DNA of 64,000 nucleotides from Lama guanicoe (Eukaryota), in contig MU054323.1 in NCBI GenBank assembly GCA_013239625.1, positions 11,119,815-11,183,814 on the forward strand. The letters are read 5' to 3'. The first letter of the stretch is position 1, and the number at the start of each line of letters is the position of its first letter. Shown piece after piece: positions 47,444-59,360 of this stretch. A program made the position numbers and the translations under genes. Under the pieces are notes generated by a model, which saw only the letters and a program-made list of their open reading frames with translations, did no database searches and had not been told where the DNA came from.

Positions 47444-50319
47444 TATAGTACATCTTAAAGTCAGATAATGTGAGTCTCCAACTTCGTTATTTTTCAAAGT
47501 TGCTTTGGCTTAGGCTTCCCATATAAATTTTAGAATCTGCTTGCCTGTATCTCCAAAGACTTCTGCTGTAATTTTGATTGGGATTATGTTAAATCTATAG
47601 ATCAGTTTGTGAGAATTGACATCTTACTTATGATGAGTAGTCCAATCCATAAACATGCTCCAGTGGGGAGACTGGAGGATGCTAAGGCCCAGCCCAGGTA
47701 AAGGAGCCTCCTGACCCCTGGTCCAACCTGGCCATAATAGCTGAATGATCTTGGAAAATCACTTCCCCTTTCTGGCCCTCAGTTTCCTCAGCTGTAAGAT
47801 GGAAAGGTTGGATTGGACAAATGGAAAGTTTCCTTTTCAGCTCAGACAAACTGTGTGACTCCGAGTGTAAATTTGAACTAACCTGCCAGAACATAAGTGT
47901 TGTTACCGCATCTCTCCTCAGGGCCTGTCTGATGAGATGGTCCAACAGCCACTATATTCAAAAAGCCTGCTCCAAAGCAAAAAGTTCAAAGTGGGAGCCC
48001 TGCTAATTCAAAGCCCAGAGGCTTTGGCCAGCTGCGTACCCTTTCCCATTCCTGGAGCACCAAGGCCAGATAAGAAGTCTCTCAACGACAGCCTGAGACC
48101 CTGGCCTGTGTGTGACAGAGCAGCAGACACAGGCCTCTGTCACCTCCAGCCCAAGGAAGCCATGTGAAGAATAGGCCTTTCCAGGAATAGGAATAGGAAT
48201 TCAGGAGAGAAGAGGTCCCCACCCCCACTCCACCCAACCCCCACCACCCCTGTGTCCAGGCGAAGGGGAGAGAAACCAGGTGGCCCAGCAGCGTTATTTA
48301 TAGTGTTCAAACATTGGAGGCGACCCAAATGCCTGGCACTCAGGGAATGCTTAAACAACGTGTGGGACCTCAGGACCCTGGAAGCCAGCATGGCCATTAG
48401 CAGCGACAAGTATGTGGATCATGCATTGAAGTGCCCAAGAGATAAAATAATGTCAAATGAAAAAATATTGAGAATCAAATAGCACTTGCATACCATTACA
48501 GTGATGCTAACATGTTTAGAAATTACATGGACAAGATTTGGAAATACATTAGTAGTAATACAAACAGTCCATGATTGATGCTATGCGTATAATTGGGCAG
48601 CTGCTTGGCTAAGGCACTGTGTTCAGTGCTCCGGGAGATGCAGAGGGAAACGCAGCTCCAGCCCTGTCCTGGGAGGACCTCACGGCATCGTTGAGGCTCC
48701 ATCACCAAGTCTAAGTTTGTGAGGTGAATTCTGACTGGGAGGCTGCTTCCACAGGTATTCCACCTCAAGGTCCCAGGTCGAAGTGCCAAGTGTCTGGTAT
48801 GGGAGGGCTTTGACGAAACAGCCCTCCCAGGCATCCCATGGACATGGAGGCACATGATAAAAGAAAGCTGTGGGTCAACTGCAACCCCACTGCGGCTCAT
48901 GCCCCTGCCCAGGTTCAGTGTCTGTGGGACAGGCCTCAGGACCAGGGACTCAGGCTGAGGCCCCTTCAGTGTGTGCCTTCTGGAATTCCCCAGACTCCTG
49001 CTGGGGCAGACGGGCCTCCAGCTCTCTGCCCTCTGGAGCTCCTGGACCAGCACCATCAGAAGCTGCCCCTCGGGTGGCTTTGCTGTCCCAAGAGCACTGG
49101 CCGGCCAGAGGCTCCCTCCTCAGCGAGGTGCAGTGGGCAAAGCTGGCTGGAGAAGGGCCCTGGATTCTGACCCAGGCTCCACTTGCCTACTGGTGGCCCT
49201 AGGCAAGTCACTTAATGCCTTCGGCTTTGATTTGCAAGTCCAGTACAAGGAGCAACTGCATAGTGTGTTTCAAAGCACTTTCACATTCATGAAAACAACA
49301 GCTTTTGTTTGTTTATCGGTGAGGAGTAGAGGCTCTGGGAACCTTGGTGACTAGCCCTGGGCCACAGCACTTGGCCTTCCAAGGGGCACACAGTGGTTAA
49401 TGGCTAAGAGCCCAGTGTTCCCCCTCAGGGTATCGCCAGCCCCTGCCTTGCCTCTGGGACCAAAGAAAGGAGTGGCCTTGGATGCTGGCTGGGTGACCAG
49501 TGCTCTGGCCAAAGACATCCTGTTTAATTCATTCTGGCCTCTCTGGATTCTAGAGGGCTCAGGGGTTCTTGGTGGGAAGATGAGGAACCAGGCTCACTGT
49601 GTCATAATTGCATCACCCCCGCCATTGATAGTTAATTAGTTAATTACAGCGGGAGAGGCTGAACCAAAGCAGAAATGCCGACTCTAGGATGGAAACAGCA
49701 CTTAAACCATGAGTAACTCTCATTAACTCTGATAACAGGCCTACTCTGCTGGGAGCAGTGGAGGAGGAGGCTGGGCTCCCAGGAGGCCCTTGATTCCCAG
49801 GGTAATGGAGCACTGGCCAGTTTCCAGGGTGAGGAGGCAGGAGAACAGGCCCGAGTGTCCCCCACAGTACCAGCCCCCAGCCACTAAAAGCTGGGGATTG
49901 GGGAGGCGCCCCACTGGGTAGGTGTTTTAGACTTCTGTCCTTCCCCAACCTGGGCTGAAGGAAGACCCTGCCTGCTTCCTACTTCTCTTCGGAAGAAGTA
50001 CTGCCCTGGACTCCTGGTTTCTTCTGGCCCTGGGGGACTGCCTAACTGACCCCTCAGAGTATTGCATCTTCCAGCTTCTTTGGGTGACTAGCATAGCTGC
50101 TGGCAGTCACAGAGAATCCCATAAGACTGAATAAGAACTCAATCACTTCTTTCGGTATTTGAAAAACAGTTACCTGAGTGGTAGAAATGATCCCATTCAT
50201 GTTTTGAGACGTGTCAGTCTGCATCCATACTCCCCAGCATCATGGAAAGGAAGCTGATTCCTCCCTCCCCACGCCTCCCAGCCACTGCCTGGCTCCCTAC
50301 CTTCCCACGGCCCTAAGGA

Positions 50320-50446
50320 TGGGTGACCATATCATTTATCATCCAACCGAGGGCGGCTTTGAAGAAGGAAAGGAAATGGTGCTATTCATCATTCCTTGGA
50401 GGCAACAGGCATAAACCGTGACTGTCCCTGGCAGACTGGTCACCTT
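50320..50446. mobile_element. MER94-like hAT-Blackjack MITE
   Basis: TIRs gggtgaccat / tggtcacct; contains caacaggcataaaccgtgactgtccc. Confidence 0.75.
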
Positions 50447-50589
50447 TCCCAGGAAGGACATCCAAACTGCTTTCCATGGCACATGGGACCCTTCACGATT
50501 GGCCCCTGTCGGCACTGCAGCCTCATTTCTAGACACACTGCCCCTGCCCTCCTCCCTCCTAGCTCTAGATTTCTTTAGTTCCTGCCCAC

Positions 50590-50950
50590 TCTCCCCTCTC
50601 TGCCCCTTTGCATATGCTGTTCTCTGTGCCAGGAATCTCTCCAGCCCAGCCCACCCCTCCACTGCATCTTCCAGCCCATCCTCCCAGCTACCAATTTAAA
50701 TAACACCTCTTCCTTGAAACATTCCCCAACCCCCTCTCCCACGTCCAAGTCTGGGTGAGGTGCTCCTGCTTGGTGCTTCCGTGTCCCCCTGACCTCTCCT
50801 GTCTCTGCACTTACTCCCTCTGTCTCTGGTTCAATGTCTCAAGTCTCAATTCTCCACTGGACCGTACGTAGCTCCTTGAGCACAAGGGACATACCTATTG
50901 TGACCACCATTGTCCTCCCAGAGTACAATAGATGCTTGTTGAATGAACGA
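50590..50950 (+). mobile_element. L2 3' end
   Basis: gctgttctctgtgccaggaat, ccactggaccgta...gctccttgag and tgttgaatgaa. Confidence 0.7.
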
Positions 50951-51326
50951 GTCACCTTGTCAGAACTTGTGGCCAAGATTATTAACTCATTCCCCCTGAG
51001 GTGGAGTACTTTCACTCAACATGTAACAAAACCCCATCTAACTAAGCCAAAGTGCTAACATTCTGATGATAGGTTTCAAATGCCAGTAGCCAGTTTAGAA
51101 ATCATCCCCAAGTAAGTGGTGGCAACTTCCACTTAACACTGACCCTGGTTCTGTTGGAGGTCATGGCTGGAAACTCACCCCAATATTTTTGACATGGATG
51201 TAATTGATGTGGATGTGCCTGTCACTGTATGACCTCTCTAGTCCTTGGGACTCCTAAGAGAATTAGCACCACCCTTGGAATTTTTTTTTCAAATATTGAC
51301 CTTTTGTTTCAAGAATACTAACTGCA

Positions 51327-51461
51327 GGGGAGGGGATATCTCAGTGGTAGAGTGTCTGCCTAGCATTCACAAGGTCCTGGGTTCAATCCCCAGTACCTCC
51401 ACTTAAAAAATAAGTAAATAAATAAAACAAATTACCTCCTCCCCTAAAAAAAAAAAAAAAA
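51327..51461 (+). mobile_element. tRNA-derived SINE, camelid vic-1-like
   Basis: ggggaggggatatctcagtggtagag (A box), ggttcaatccc (B box, 51380-51390), aattacctcctccc and poly(A). TSD ttcaagaatac(t)aactgca at ~51308-51326 and ~51470-51487. Confidence 0.85.
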
Positions 51462-54400
51462 GAAAGGCATTCAAGAATACAACTGCATTTTGGTGCAAGT
51501 TCTAGTTTATCAGCTGAGCGCATGTATATCAACTTATCTGTCTCAAAACAACCCAGAGAGGAAGCAAGGCAAGCCCTTTTACAGATGAGGAGCCCCAGGC
51601 CAAGAGCCGTTAAGGCATTTGCTTAAGACCTCACAGCTGGCACACAGCCCAGTCTGGAAGCCCATCTGGGTGGGCTGAGTCCAGATGCAGAACTCCCTCC
51701 ACCACACGTCCTTGTCAGCATGGCAGAACCAGAGGCCATTGTTCTTGCCCGGCAGCAAAGAGCTGGCTGGCTGGATACGGGCTGTGGCTTTTAGATAAAA
51801 TACTGCTGATTGATCACCACATTTATTTTCCCTACTTGATGATAACTCGTTAGGGAGAAGAAACTTATCACATTTACACATTGTCATCTCCTTACACACT
51901 GTCACACACCTCTAGAAGGTAAGCTTGAGGAGGGCAGGGACTTGCGTCTTGTTCACAGCCTCACTGTCTGCTTGCGGAAAGTGCATCATGAATGTTTACT
52001 GAAGGAAATTATCTGTATGTTGTGGAGGGGCCTCCTACCGAGCTGTGGGCACAGCTGATGCTCAGGAAATGCTCCGGAATCACACAAGAGTAAACGCTGG
52101 CTCCTTCTTCAGGAGGGTGGTTCTTCAAGGCAGATGTCCTGGGAAGAAGGCTGGCTACTGAGACCGATTGCAGAGCCTAGATATTGGGGAGATGGCTCTG
52201 CCCTCATCTGTATGTTCCCTCTATTGAGAGAAAAGGTACCTATTACAGCAAACAGCAGGAACACAAAGGAAGCAAAGTCCAGGCCTTAGGCTCAGAAGCA
52301 TTTGACACACCAGCTTCCAGAGCAGGATAATTCGTTTCACACCGGGATCCCAGCTCAAAATCCTCCTCTGCTGTGGAAATCTGCTACGGAAGGGACGGCA
52401 GGTCTTCCCGTGTCTGGATGTTACCCCTAATGCCAGGTGTGAGAGGGCAAACCAAGACTATGTACAGCGATGAACGCCCCTGTGTCTGAAGACATGAGTG
52501 TCTGATCTGGGCCCCGCCTGCTGTTGGCTGAATCACCTGCAGTACGTCCCTTCCCACCTCTCAGTCTCAGTCCTCTACGGCTATGTCGTCCTGGCTCCAC
52601 AGGAGCAGGTGCTGAGCCGGGGGCATCAGCACGGCACTCGTTTCCTACCCACGGCATATTGGGAGAAGGAGAGAAGAAAGAACAGTCTGAGCTACAAACA
52701 TTCACCCCGGAGAGCCTTTTCTACAAAGACAGTGCCTGCGGCACCCACTCCTGGGGTGTCCTCTTCAGTGATTAACTCTGGGCCTAGGACACAGGGTCTG
52801 GTGTGGTATGGTTTAGCCAGCGAGCCTCCCTCCTGTGTCCTGTGATCATCTGTTGGCAAGGAAGGGAGTCTTGGCCCTTGTCTCAGGGAGGCAGCCAGCT
52901 CACTCAAGTGGATCTAAGCCTCAGCCAGGCACTCAAAATCCTGGATTTCCTCTGCTTCCACAGGTGACTCAAGGCCTGAGCTGTCATTTGGACCCCAGAT
53001 GTGGGTGAAGTAACCTTGAAAACCATTCAAGGTCGGGAGCTGGTGGATTATAACCCAGGATGAACCAGGGGCCTGAACACAACTCCAGGGGGGATACCTG
53101 ATAGAAAGGGCATGTTGGGAAAGGAGGGTGGGCTTTCCAGGAGAGAGGCCTCAGAGAGGGCACAAAAGAGAAGATGGGCTTCCTAGAAAGTTCAGGGCAA
53201 TGACACCACTCACTGTGACGCCACGTTGGAAAGTTAGGCTAGGTTCATAAAATACTGAAAGTTAAAGTAACCTCAAAGAGCATCTAATTCCACCCTTTCT
53301 TCTATAGAAAGTGCTGAGTGAGGCCCCCTAATGTTAAGTGGCTTTCCAAGGACTTGCTGCCAGGCAGAGGCAGAGGCAGAGCTGAGAGGAGAACCAGCTC
53401 CCCAGGCTGGTCTTGGGGCCCCTTCCTTTGCCCCACTCAGACCTGGCAGGATGTTGTGTGGCAAGCACTGAGTGGAGCTGGAGGGCAGCCAAGTCCAGAA
53501 GCATGAGAAAAAACATGTCAGAGGGTATCAGATGAAGTCGCAGACACCAACGTCAGCATCACAGAGGATGACAGAGGACTGTGGAAAGGCTGGGGTTGGA
53601 CGAGAAGGGGCAAATTCCACCAGTCTGTTATCCATCAAGGGCAACGTGAATCGCTGGCTCAGGCCACTGTTGCAGTGCTCACGGGGATGTCGTAGGAGTA
53701 TTTGCTTAGGCGGGCGTTTCTCTCATGGCCTTTGAGATCCCTGGGGACAGGATCTACGTATTAATCATCTTTAGCTCCGTGGCACAATCTTTAATGCAGT
53801 AAATGTCTGGTAAAGGAAGGAATGAATGAATGAATAAACATGTGCGTGAATGGATGAATGAACGTCAGAGCTTACAGGACAGGACCTTTGGAGTTCCAGC
53901 CTCAGTTCTGCCACTTATGACTTATAAACCCAAGGCAAGGAACTGGAAAATAAGAGTAATGACACTGCTAACTTCATAGGGCCACGTGAGGATTAAATGA
54001 GATCCGGCATCTGAAGTGCTCGATAAATATTAGTTATTTTTACGATGACTATTTTCAGGAAGCAGAACCAAGGGGACCATTAAATCAGATGAGCCTGGAG
54101 GCTGGCATGCAAGTCAGTGAGATGCCTAGGGTTAGGTGCACTGTGTGTCTTGTTTTCTTCATCATCCCTGCTTTGTTCTCCCCCCACCACCATAATTTCT
54201 GCAATCCACCTGACCTTTATTTGAGAAGATCTTTATTTGAATCTTCTCGATCTTTATTTAGGAAGATGTTTATTTGAGGATCAGGGCAACCTTGCCTGTC
54301 TGCAGCCTATGCTGTCATATAAATCCTTGCTTTTGAGGACGATAAGCACCCCTGCTTTTCTGATTTTGCATATGGTGGCGTTTCAGACTCCATCCTGAAT

Positions 54401-54559
54401 AGGGTAACAGGATAGGCCACTGAAGGTCAGTCTCCTGTGTCTAACCACCCCTCCTCCTAAGCTCTGGAGAACCCTAACTAATACACAGAGAAAGTATTTA
54501 TCCCCTTTTGGGCAGGCAGAGGGATATGAAAGCAAATCTCAGGGAAGAAAATAAGAAAG

Positions 54560-55330
54560 GTATGTTAGAACTAAATCTTGGAAGCATTATATGCCAGACT
54601 ATTGGTTTTCAGGCTTTCTCCAGCATCTGTTGGGGGAGTTATTGAGAGCATGAATATAACCTGGTCAAAACTCTGTTTGGGAAAGATGCTTTGGCAGACA
54701 TGTTCAGGAGAGAACTGGCATGAAAGGACAGGGGTGGGAGGAAATTAAGAACAGCATGAAGAGCCACTAGCAGCAGAGGGCAAATGAGAAGGGGGAGGAA
54801 AATCATTCCAGAAGCCTCCCAGGAGACCTCCTCTGATATCTTATTGACCAGAACCAGGTGACATGGCCATGCCTGGCTGCAGAGGAGGCTGGGAAAGGAA
54901 GCATCTGGATGCTCTGTCTCTATCGTGGTAATGGGGGTCTGCTGATAGGGAGGGATGGGGACTGGTGGTGAGCTAGTCAGCCAGCCGTGTCTACTGCTTG
55001 GTCACAAACAGACCAAGCAACATGCCTCAGGAGATGAGAGCCAGGATCATAGAGGTGAGGAGGAAGAGGAAGAAAAGAATTTAAGAGGTAGAATTGGCAG
55101 GAGTTGGTAACTGATGAGATGCAAGAGATCAAGGAAAGGGAGGAGTTGCAGATCACCCCAGGGTTTTGAGCCGAGGTGACCAGGAGAGTGATGATGCAAA
55201 TAGGGAAGTCAAAGGGAGATGGGAGATCATGGGGGACAGAAAAGCGATGAACTTTCTGGGGTCATGCTGAGTTTGGGGTGACTGTGGAACCTTCAGATGG
55301 AGACATCCAGCTTGGAAACACGGAGCTTGG
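54560..55330 (-). mobile_element. L2 fragments with an MLT1-like piece at ~54790-54920
   Basis: gaggtagaattggcagga and catgctgagtttggggtgactgtgg; MLT motif ttattgaccagaaccaggtgacatggccatgcctggctgc. Confidence 0.6.
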
Positions 55331-55934
55331 AGGGGCTCAGAAGAAAGTCCCTATGTCACAAACCATCTGTTAAAGGGCTAAAAGGTTACAAAGGGGAGAG
55401 TGACTGGAGGCACATGAAAAGGCTCCCTGGAAGAGGTGATTCGGACAGAGAGCTTTGCCAAAGGAACTGCCATGGGTTCACAGGAGACAAAAGAGGTGGG
55501 GGGTTCCGTGGAAAGCAGAGTAGTTTGTGCAAAGCCAGGAGAGGGACAGAGGACAGACTCTCAGCTGCTGGGGAGAACTCACTTTGCAGAGATAAAGACT
55601 GGTGAGGGGATAGGTTGCTGCTGTTGGGTTTTAGATAGAGAGAGCATGGATCTCATAACCAAGAGAGAGCCACTGACTTTTCTCGACCTGGAGAGAATAA
55701 CAAAGTGATGTTCAAGAAAAATCAATCTTGTGGGTACTACCTGGACCTATTGCCTTATACAAGAAATTCCTCACTTTGAAGAAATGGAGTCTTCTTACAT
55801 TATGTTCATCCTCCAAGTTTAAAGATTGTTTTCATATCTGTTAACATCACCCTTTTGAGGAGAATTAGGAAATTAATCCCCATTGCAGACAAGGAAACTA
55901 AGAATCAAAGAAGTTTAAAACAACTTTCTTGATA

Positions 55935-56785
55935 CATGAACAGCCAAATATGCACATGAAAACATATGATGTTTAACGTCATTAGTCATTATGGAAATGC
56001 AAATGATAACCAGTGAAATGGAAATGATATGGAAATGCAAATGATAACCACAATGAGATACAACTGCACCCCCTATAATGGCTAAATACCAAAAGACCGA
56101 CTATATCAAGCGTTGACAAGGATGCTGAGCAACTAGGAACTTACATATTAATGGTGGAGTGTGAAATGGTACCATCACTTTAGAAACGACTGGCAGATGT
56201 TATTTTTTAAATTTTTTAAAAATAAAGTTAAACATACTCTTATGATATGACTCAGGAATTCTACTCCTATTTACCTAAGAGAAATGAAAACATATGTCCA
56301 CACAAAGACATATACACATATACTCATCACAGCTTTATTCATAATAGCCCCAAAGTAGGAAAAAAAATCGAAAACAAATGCCCATGAACGGGTGAACAGA
56401 TAAAAATTTTGTGGCCTATCCACAGAATAAAATCCTACTCAGCAATAAAAGGGAGCAAACTGATAGATGCAAAAATAAGGATGAATCTCAAAAACATGCT
56501 GAGAGAAAGAAGCCTTTAGGGACTGAAGAGAACTTACTGTATGACTCCTTTTATATGAAATTCTAGAACAGGTCAAACTGATTTGCAGTGAGAAAAAGCA
56601 GATCAGCTATTTCCTGGGGAGGTGGGGAGGAAATTATCTGGGGTGGGAGAAATGCTCTATTTCTTGACAGGGTGGTATTTGCATGGGTGTGTATACATTT
56701 GTCAAAACTCATTGAGCTGAACATTTTCAGTGAGTGTATTTGTTGTTTGTAAATTCTATCACAATAACATTGGTTGAAAAAAAGA
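55935..56785 (+). mobile_element. L1M 3' end with A-rich tail
   Basis: gtgaaatggtaccatcactttagaaa, cagctttattcataatagcccc and catttgtcaaaactca. Confidence 0.9.
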
Positions 56786-57588
56786 AAGAAAGGTAACCAG
56801 CTTGCAGTCACCCGGCAAGTGAGTGGAAGGGTTAGGAGGAGCTCCCACCAGTGCGGCTCCAGGCTGGCAGGGTGGGCTTTGAAGAGGGGCCTTGGGAGTC
56901 CAGAAGCTGTGTAGTTCGGTTTAGGTGGGCTGGCTGAGGGCAGAAAGAGGAAAGATGGGCGGGCCCTAAGCAAAGACCTCAGAAGCCAATCAGCCACCCA
57001 GAGCGGAAACAAACCAGCTAGAGAGTAAGCGCCTCCGGCAGCAAGTGGGCTTCAGACAGAGCAGGGACAGGCGTGGGCGTGGGATGCAGGGGAGGGGGTG
57101 GTGCGAGGGGCCTCTGCCAAAGAGCTCCAGACAGGGGTTAGACAGGGCGCCCCCAACTGAGGCAGTAGCTTTCCTTTCTAGACGCAACCAAAGCGCTGCC
57201 CAGTTTCCCTGTGGATTGCATCTGTATAACAAGGACAGGAGACTAAGGGAAAGGCATGAATTTCACCCAGGGAGGCGGGGTGGGCCAGCCCGTGCAGGCC
57301 TACCTGATTTCACTGGGTTCCTGGAGGCCAGCAGGCATTGGAGGGTCTTCATTTTCTGCCCGTTAAAGGGACACACGCTGGAGGACTAAGCTAGTTACTC
57401 CAATTTTGTAAAAAAGTAAAACCACGACAGCTCTACACTCTGTGTTTCCAAGTGTTGTAATTGTCCCAGGGGGATCAATGAGCCCTTCCTTAGTTAATAA
57501 ACAGATAGATCTTTTTTTCCGGTGAAATGGACTTTAGTAATCCCAGCCTTACTAACTTTGCTGCCAGGGCTCTGCCCCTCCAGGGGAA

Positions 57589-57621
57589 GGGAGGCAGCAG
57601 GGAGGCAGCAGGGAGGCAGCA
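57589..57621 (+). repeat. 11-bp tandem repeat x3 (gggaggcagca)
   Basis: Three perfect copies. Confidence 0.9.
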
Positions 57622-59204
57622 GTCTGGTGACACATTTATTTGGATTGTTCCTTTTTAGCATATATTTACTAGCAAGTTTTTGACTTCTCTGGGTTTGTTT
57701 CTGTAAACTGAGGACACTGGGCTAGATCGAATCCCAGACAGTCCCTAAAGGCCCCTTGGCTCTGACTATAATCTCCACCCCAGTCATTTGACTTTGAGTG
57801 CTGAGGCAACAGCAAAGTGCCCGTGATCCAGTAGTGATCTCACTGGCTGGTTACCGTGCACTCATTAGCACCGACAGTGTAGAATTCAGCATATTAGGGA
57901 TACCCTGGAAAGAAACATCAATAGCATAGTTCCTTCCCTTGAGGGCCCTCAAGACACAAGATTCTTGGGCAAATTGAGAATTATTACAAGGCAGAAGAAT
58001 ATGGATTAATGAATATACATCCAAGATCTCTGACAATAAAGATCTTTGGCACTCACATGAATGCGAGGGGTGCTGTGATTATTAATGAGAAGTCGACCAT
58101 GGAGTTAGGTAGAAGTCCTGCATAATTATATTTGGGATTTCAGAGTGTAAGTGGTTGGGCTACTTCACATATAATATAGGAACACTGGCCCCAGAAAGGG
58201 CCTTGATATAGCAAGGCATTATTTTTTACTTTGTTATCCTTCAAAAAAATTTAGGTAGATTCATTATTGATACAGCTGACCACAATAACATCAAAAGGGA
58301 GGGTTTAGAGAAATAAACACCTGCATGTGACCAGCCCCTTAGTCACCAGCATGTAGCTGTCATGAGTCTACCCAAAGGTTGACCCCTCCCCTGTAAATCA
58401 CTCCCTGACAGCTTCAGCTCCAGGCTCTGGGCCCTGCCAACTTGGTCAGGGGTCAGAGCCTCACAGTCAGGGACCCCAAAGGCCATGCACGCCTGCTCTG
58501 AGGATGTGGGAAAAGCCCTTGGGTAACTTTTCCAACTGACCGGTTCTCCCTCCGAGAAGAGGGAAAAGGCGCACGGGAGCACGATGCCACATTTTCTACC
58601 CTATAGTTGTCTATTTTCTTCTTTCAATGACCTCAATCCAAGCAACCACTACTTTTACAACCACATCTGGTACAAAACATGCAGTTACAAAAGTCTCAAC
58701 TTCCACCAGAAACAACTATCGTGTGAGTCAGTACAGAAATAAAAAGTCTATTTAAAGATCAGCACACAGCAAGGATATGTGTGGGCCCCTCCAAAACATG
58801 TACGTTCAGTTGATTTTGTTACTCATTTTGATTTTCTTTCCTGTATTTGCCTCCTTATCAAAAAAAAAAGCCATGAAAACATAGTTACCTCATTAAAGAA
58901 ATGAAATGTAAATAATATTTCTTTTAAATTATGATTTTATTCACTTTAATTTCTGACTTGTTTTCTCTTTTGCATACAGCACTGAAAATGTAAACTTTCT
59001 CATTATATACAATGTTTCCCTTTATGGGAAATTTTTTAAATTTAAAAAAAAGGGTTAAATTTTTTTTTGCATGAATTGAGTAGATAGGATTAATTTTTAT
59101 TTTCCAGAATAAAAATTGCTTTATTTTAAGATTTAAAAAATAAAGTATAGACTCCCTATAAGAAGACACGCACACATACACATACTCAAATACAAGTTCT
59201 CATT

Positions 59205-59360
59205 CACATCTCATCACCTGAGAGCTTTAAAAAATCCTGACGCCTGGGCCCCACCCCCAGAGATTCTGATTTAATTGGTCTGGGCTTAGGTCTAGGCAGT
59301 AATAGTGACTTGAAATCTCCCCAGGAGATTTAAATGTAGAGTCAGGGCTGAGAACCACCG
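59205..59360. mobile_element. MER5-family MITE
   Basis: gcctgggccccacccccagagattctgatttaattggtctggg...gggctgagaaccac. Confidence 0.85.

Larger units (their letters stand above)
45245..47660 (-). mobile_element. Old L1M (3' UTR + ORF2 end) hosting two later insertions
   Basis: cctggcaacctctggtctgtttt, gagggacatttaggttgt, ccattgaattgcctttgca and aatctatagatcagtttg. Confidence 0.85.

Noticed and set aside
51327..51402. tRNA-like sequence
   Set aside because: Mutated A box and stems, followed by a SINE body, poly(A) and TSD. It is a SINE and not a tRNA gene.
57589..57622. GGGAGGCAGCAG resembles a conserved bacterial 16S primer site
   Set aside because: It is only an 11-bp tandem repeat, with no flanking rRNA similarity.
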